DNA of 46,798 nucleotides from an uncultured Candidatus Altimarinota bacterium (GTDB lineage Bacteria; Patescibacteriota; Gracilibacteria; CAIRYL01): NCBI GenBank assembly GCA_947311645.1, contig CAMZKZ010000002.1, positions 1 to 46,798 of the forward strand, read 5' to 3'. Shown piece by piece: positions 46,604 to 46,798 of this stretch (position 1 is its first letter; each line of letters starts with the position of its first letter). The notes under the pieces were generated by a model. It saw only the letters and a program-made list of their open reading frames with translations, ran no database searches and was not told where the DNA came from. The position numbers and the translations under genes were made by a program.

Positions 46604-46798
46604 AGTATAAAAATAATGTTTTATTGTACTTAAAAGTATGATATACTGTTTTGAAATCTTTTTAAACAAAATTTTTTTAGAATGGTGTAAAAAAGATTTC
46701 AAAACAGTATATCATACTTTTAAGTACAATAAAACATTATTTTTATACTATGACAACTTTCTCTTCTTCAAAAAAAGCATATCTTATTATTCTTGATG
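46555..46798. repeat. perfect 109-bp inverted repeat (46555-46663 / 46690-46798) around a 26-nt loop, running into the window end
   Basis: The reverse complement of 46690-46798 equals 46555-46663 base for base. The right arm re-encodes MTTFSSSKKAYLIILD (the gpmI N-terminus) on the plus strand starting at 46749. Confidence 0.9.

Noticed and set aside
1-46798. Alternative genetic code (UGA recoded, as in some candidate phyla)
   Set aside because: Every conserved gene reads through at full length with the standard code, and no in-frame TGA interrupts them. TGA is simply rare.

Overview
AT-rich, gene-dense chromosomal window from a small-genome bacterium. By inference it is an uncultivated CPR/Patescibacteria-like lineage. 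The standard genetic code fits, because all conserved genes read full length. Most of the window is housekeeping: ssb, tig, fmt, topA, ruvC, trxB, ligA, gap, glmS, ruvB, recA, gpmI, ribosomal proteins S21, L28, S15, L25, S6, S18 and L31, and three tRNAs. A type-A RNase P RNA (about 7293-7655, minus strand) is hidden under a false N-terminal ORF extension of a DEAD-box helicase. The parts not explained by housekeeping are: (1) a 17-codon Phe/Trp/Tyr-rich leader peptide with antiterminator/terminator structures upstream of a DAHP synthase; (2) a tightly coupled minus-strand operon (30670-33268) whose first gene fuses a pore-less voltage-sensor domain (S1-S4) to a bacterial PH domain; (3) a signal-peptide/cohesin-like/FN3/TM-anchored surface protein followed by a 1758-aa orphan protein with a single HExxH motif; (4) a second orphan protein (up to 1118 aa as the full ORF) whose stop codon lies inside a 12-nt tandem repeat; (5) an SSB with two OB folds, preceded by a perfect 26-28 bp inverted repeat that encloses a terminator-like hairpin and abuts its start codon; (6) a perfect 109-bp fold-back inverted repeat that runs into the window end and duplicates the 5' end of gpmI. 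No CRISPR array, transposase, integrase or rRNA was seen. Start codons lack Shine-Dalgarno sequences, and stop codons are almost all TAA or TAG.
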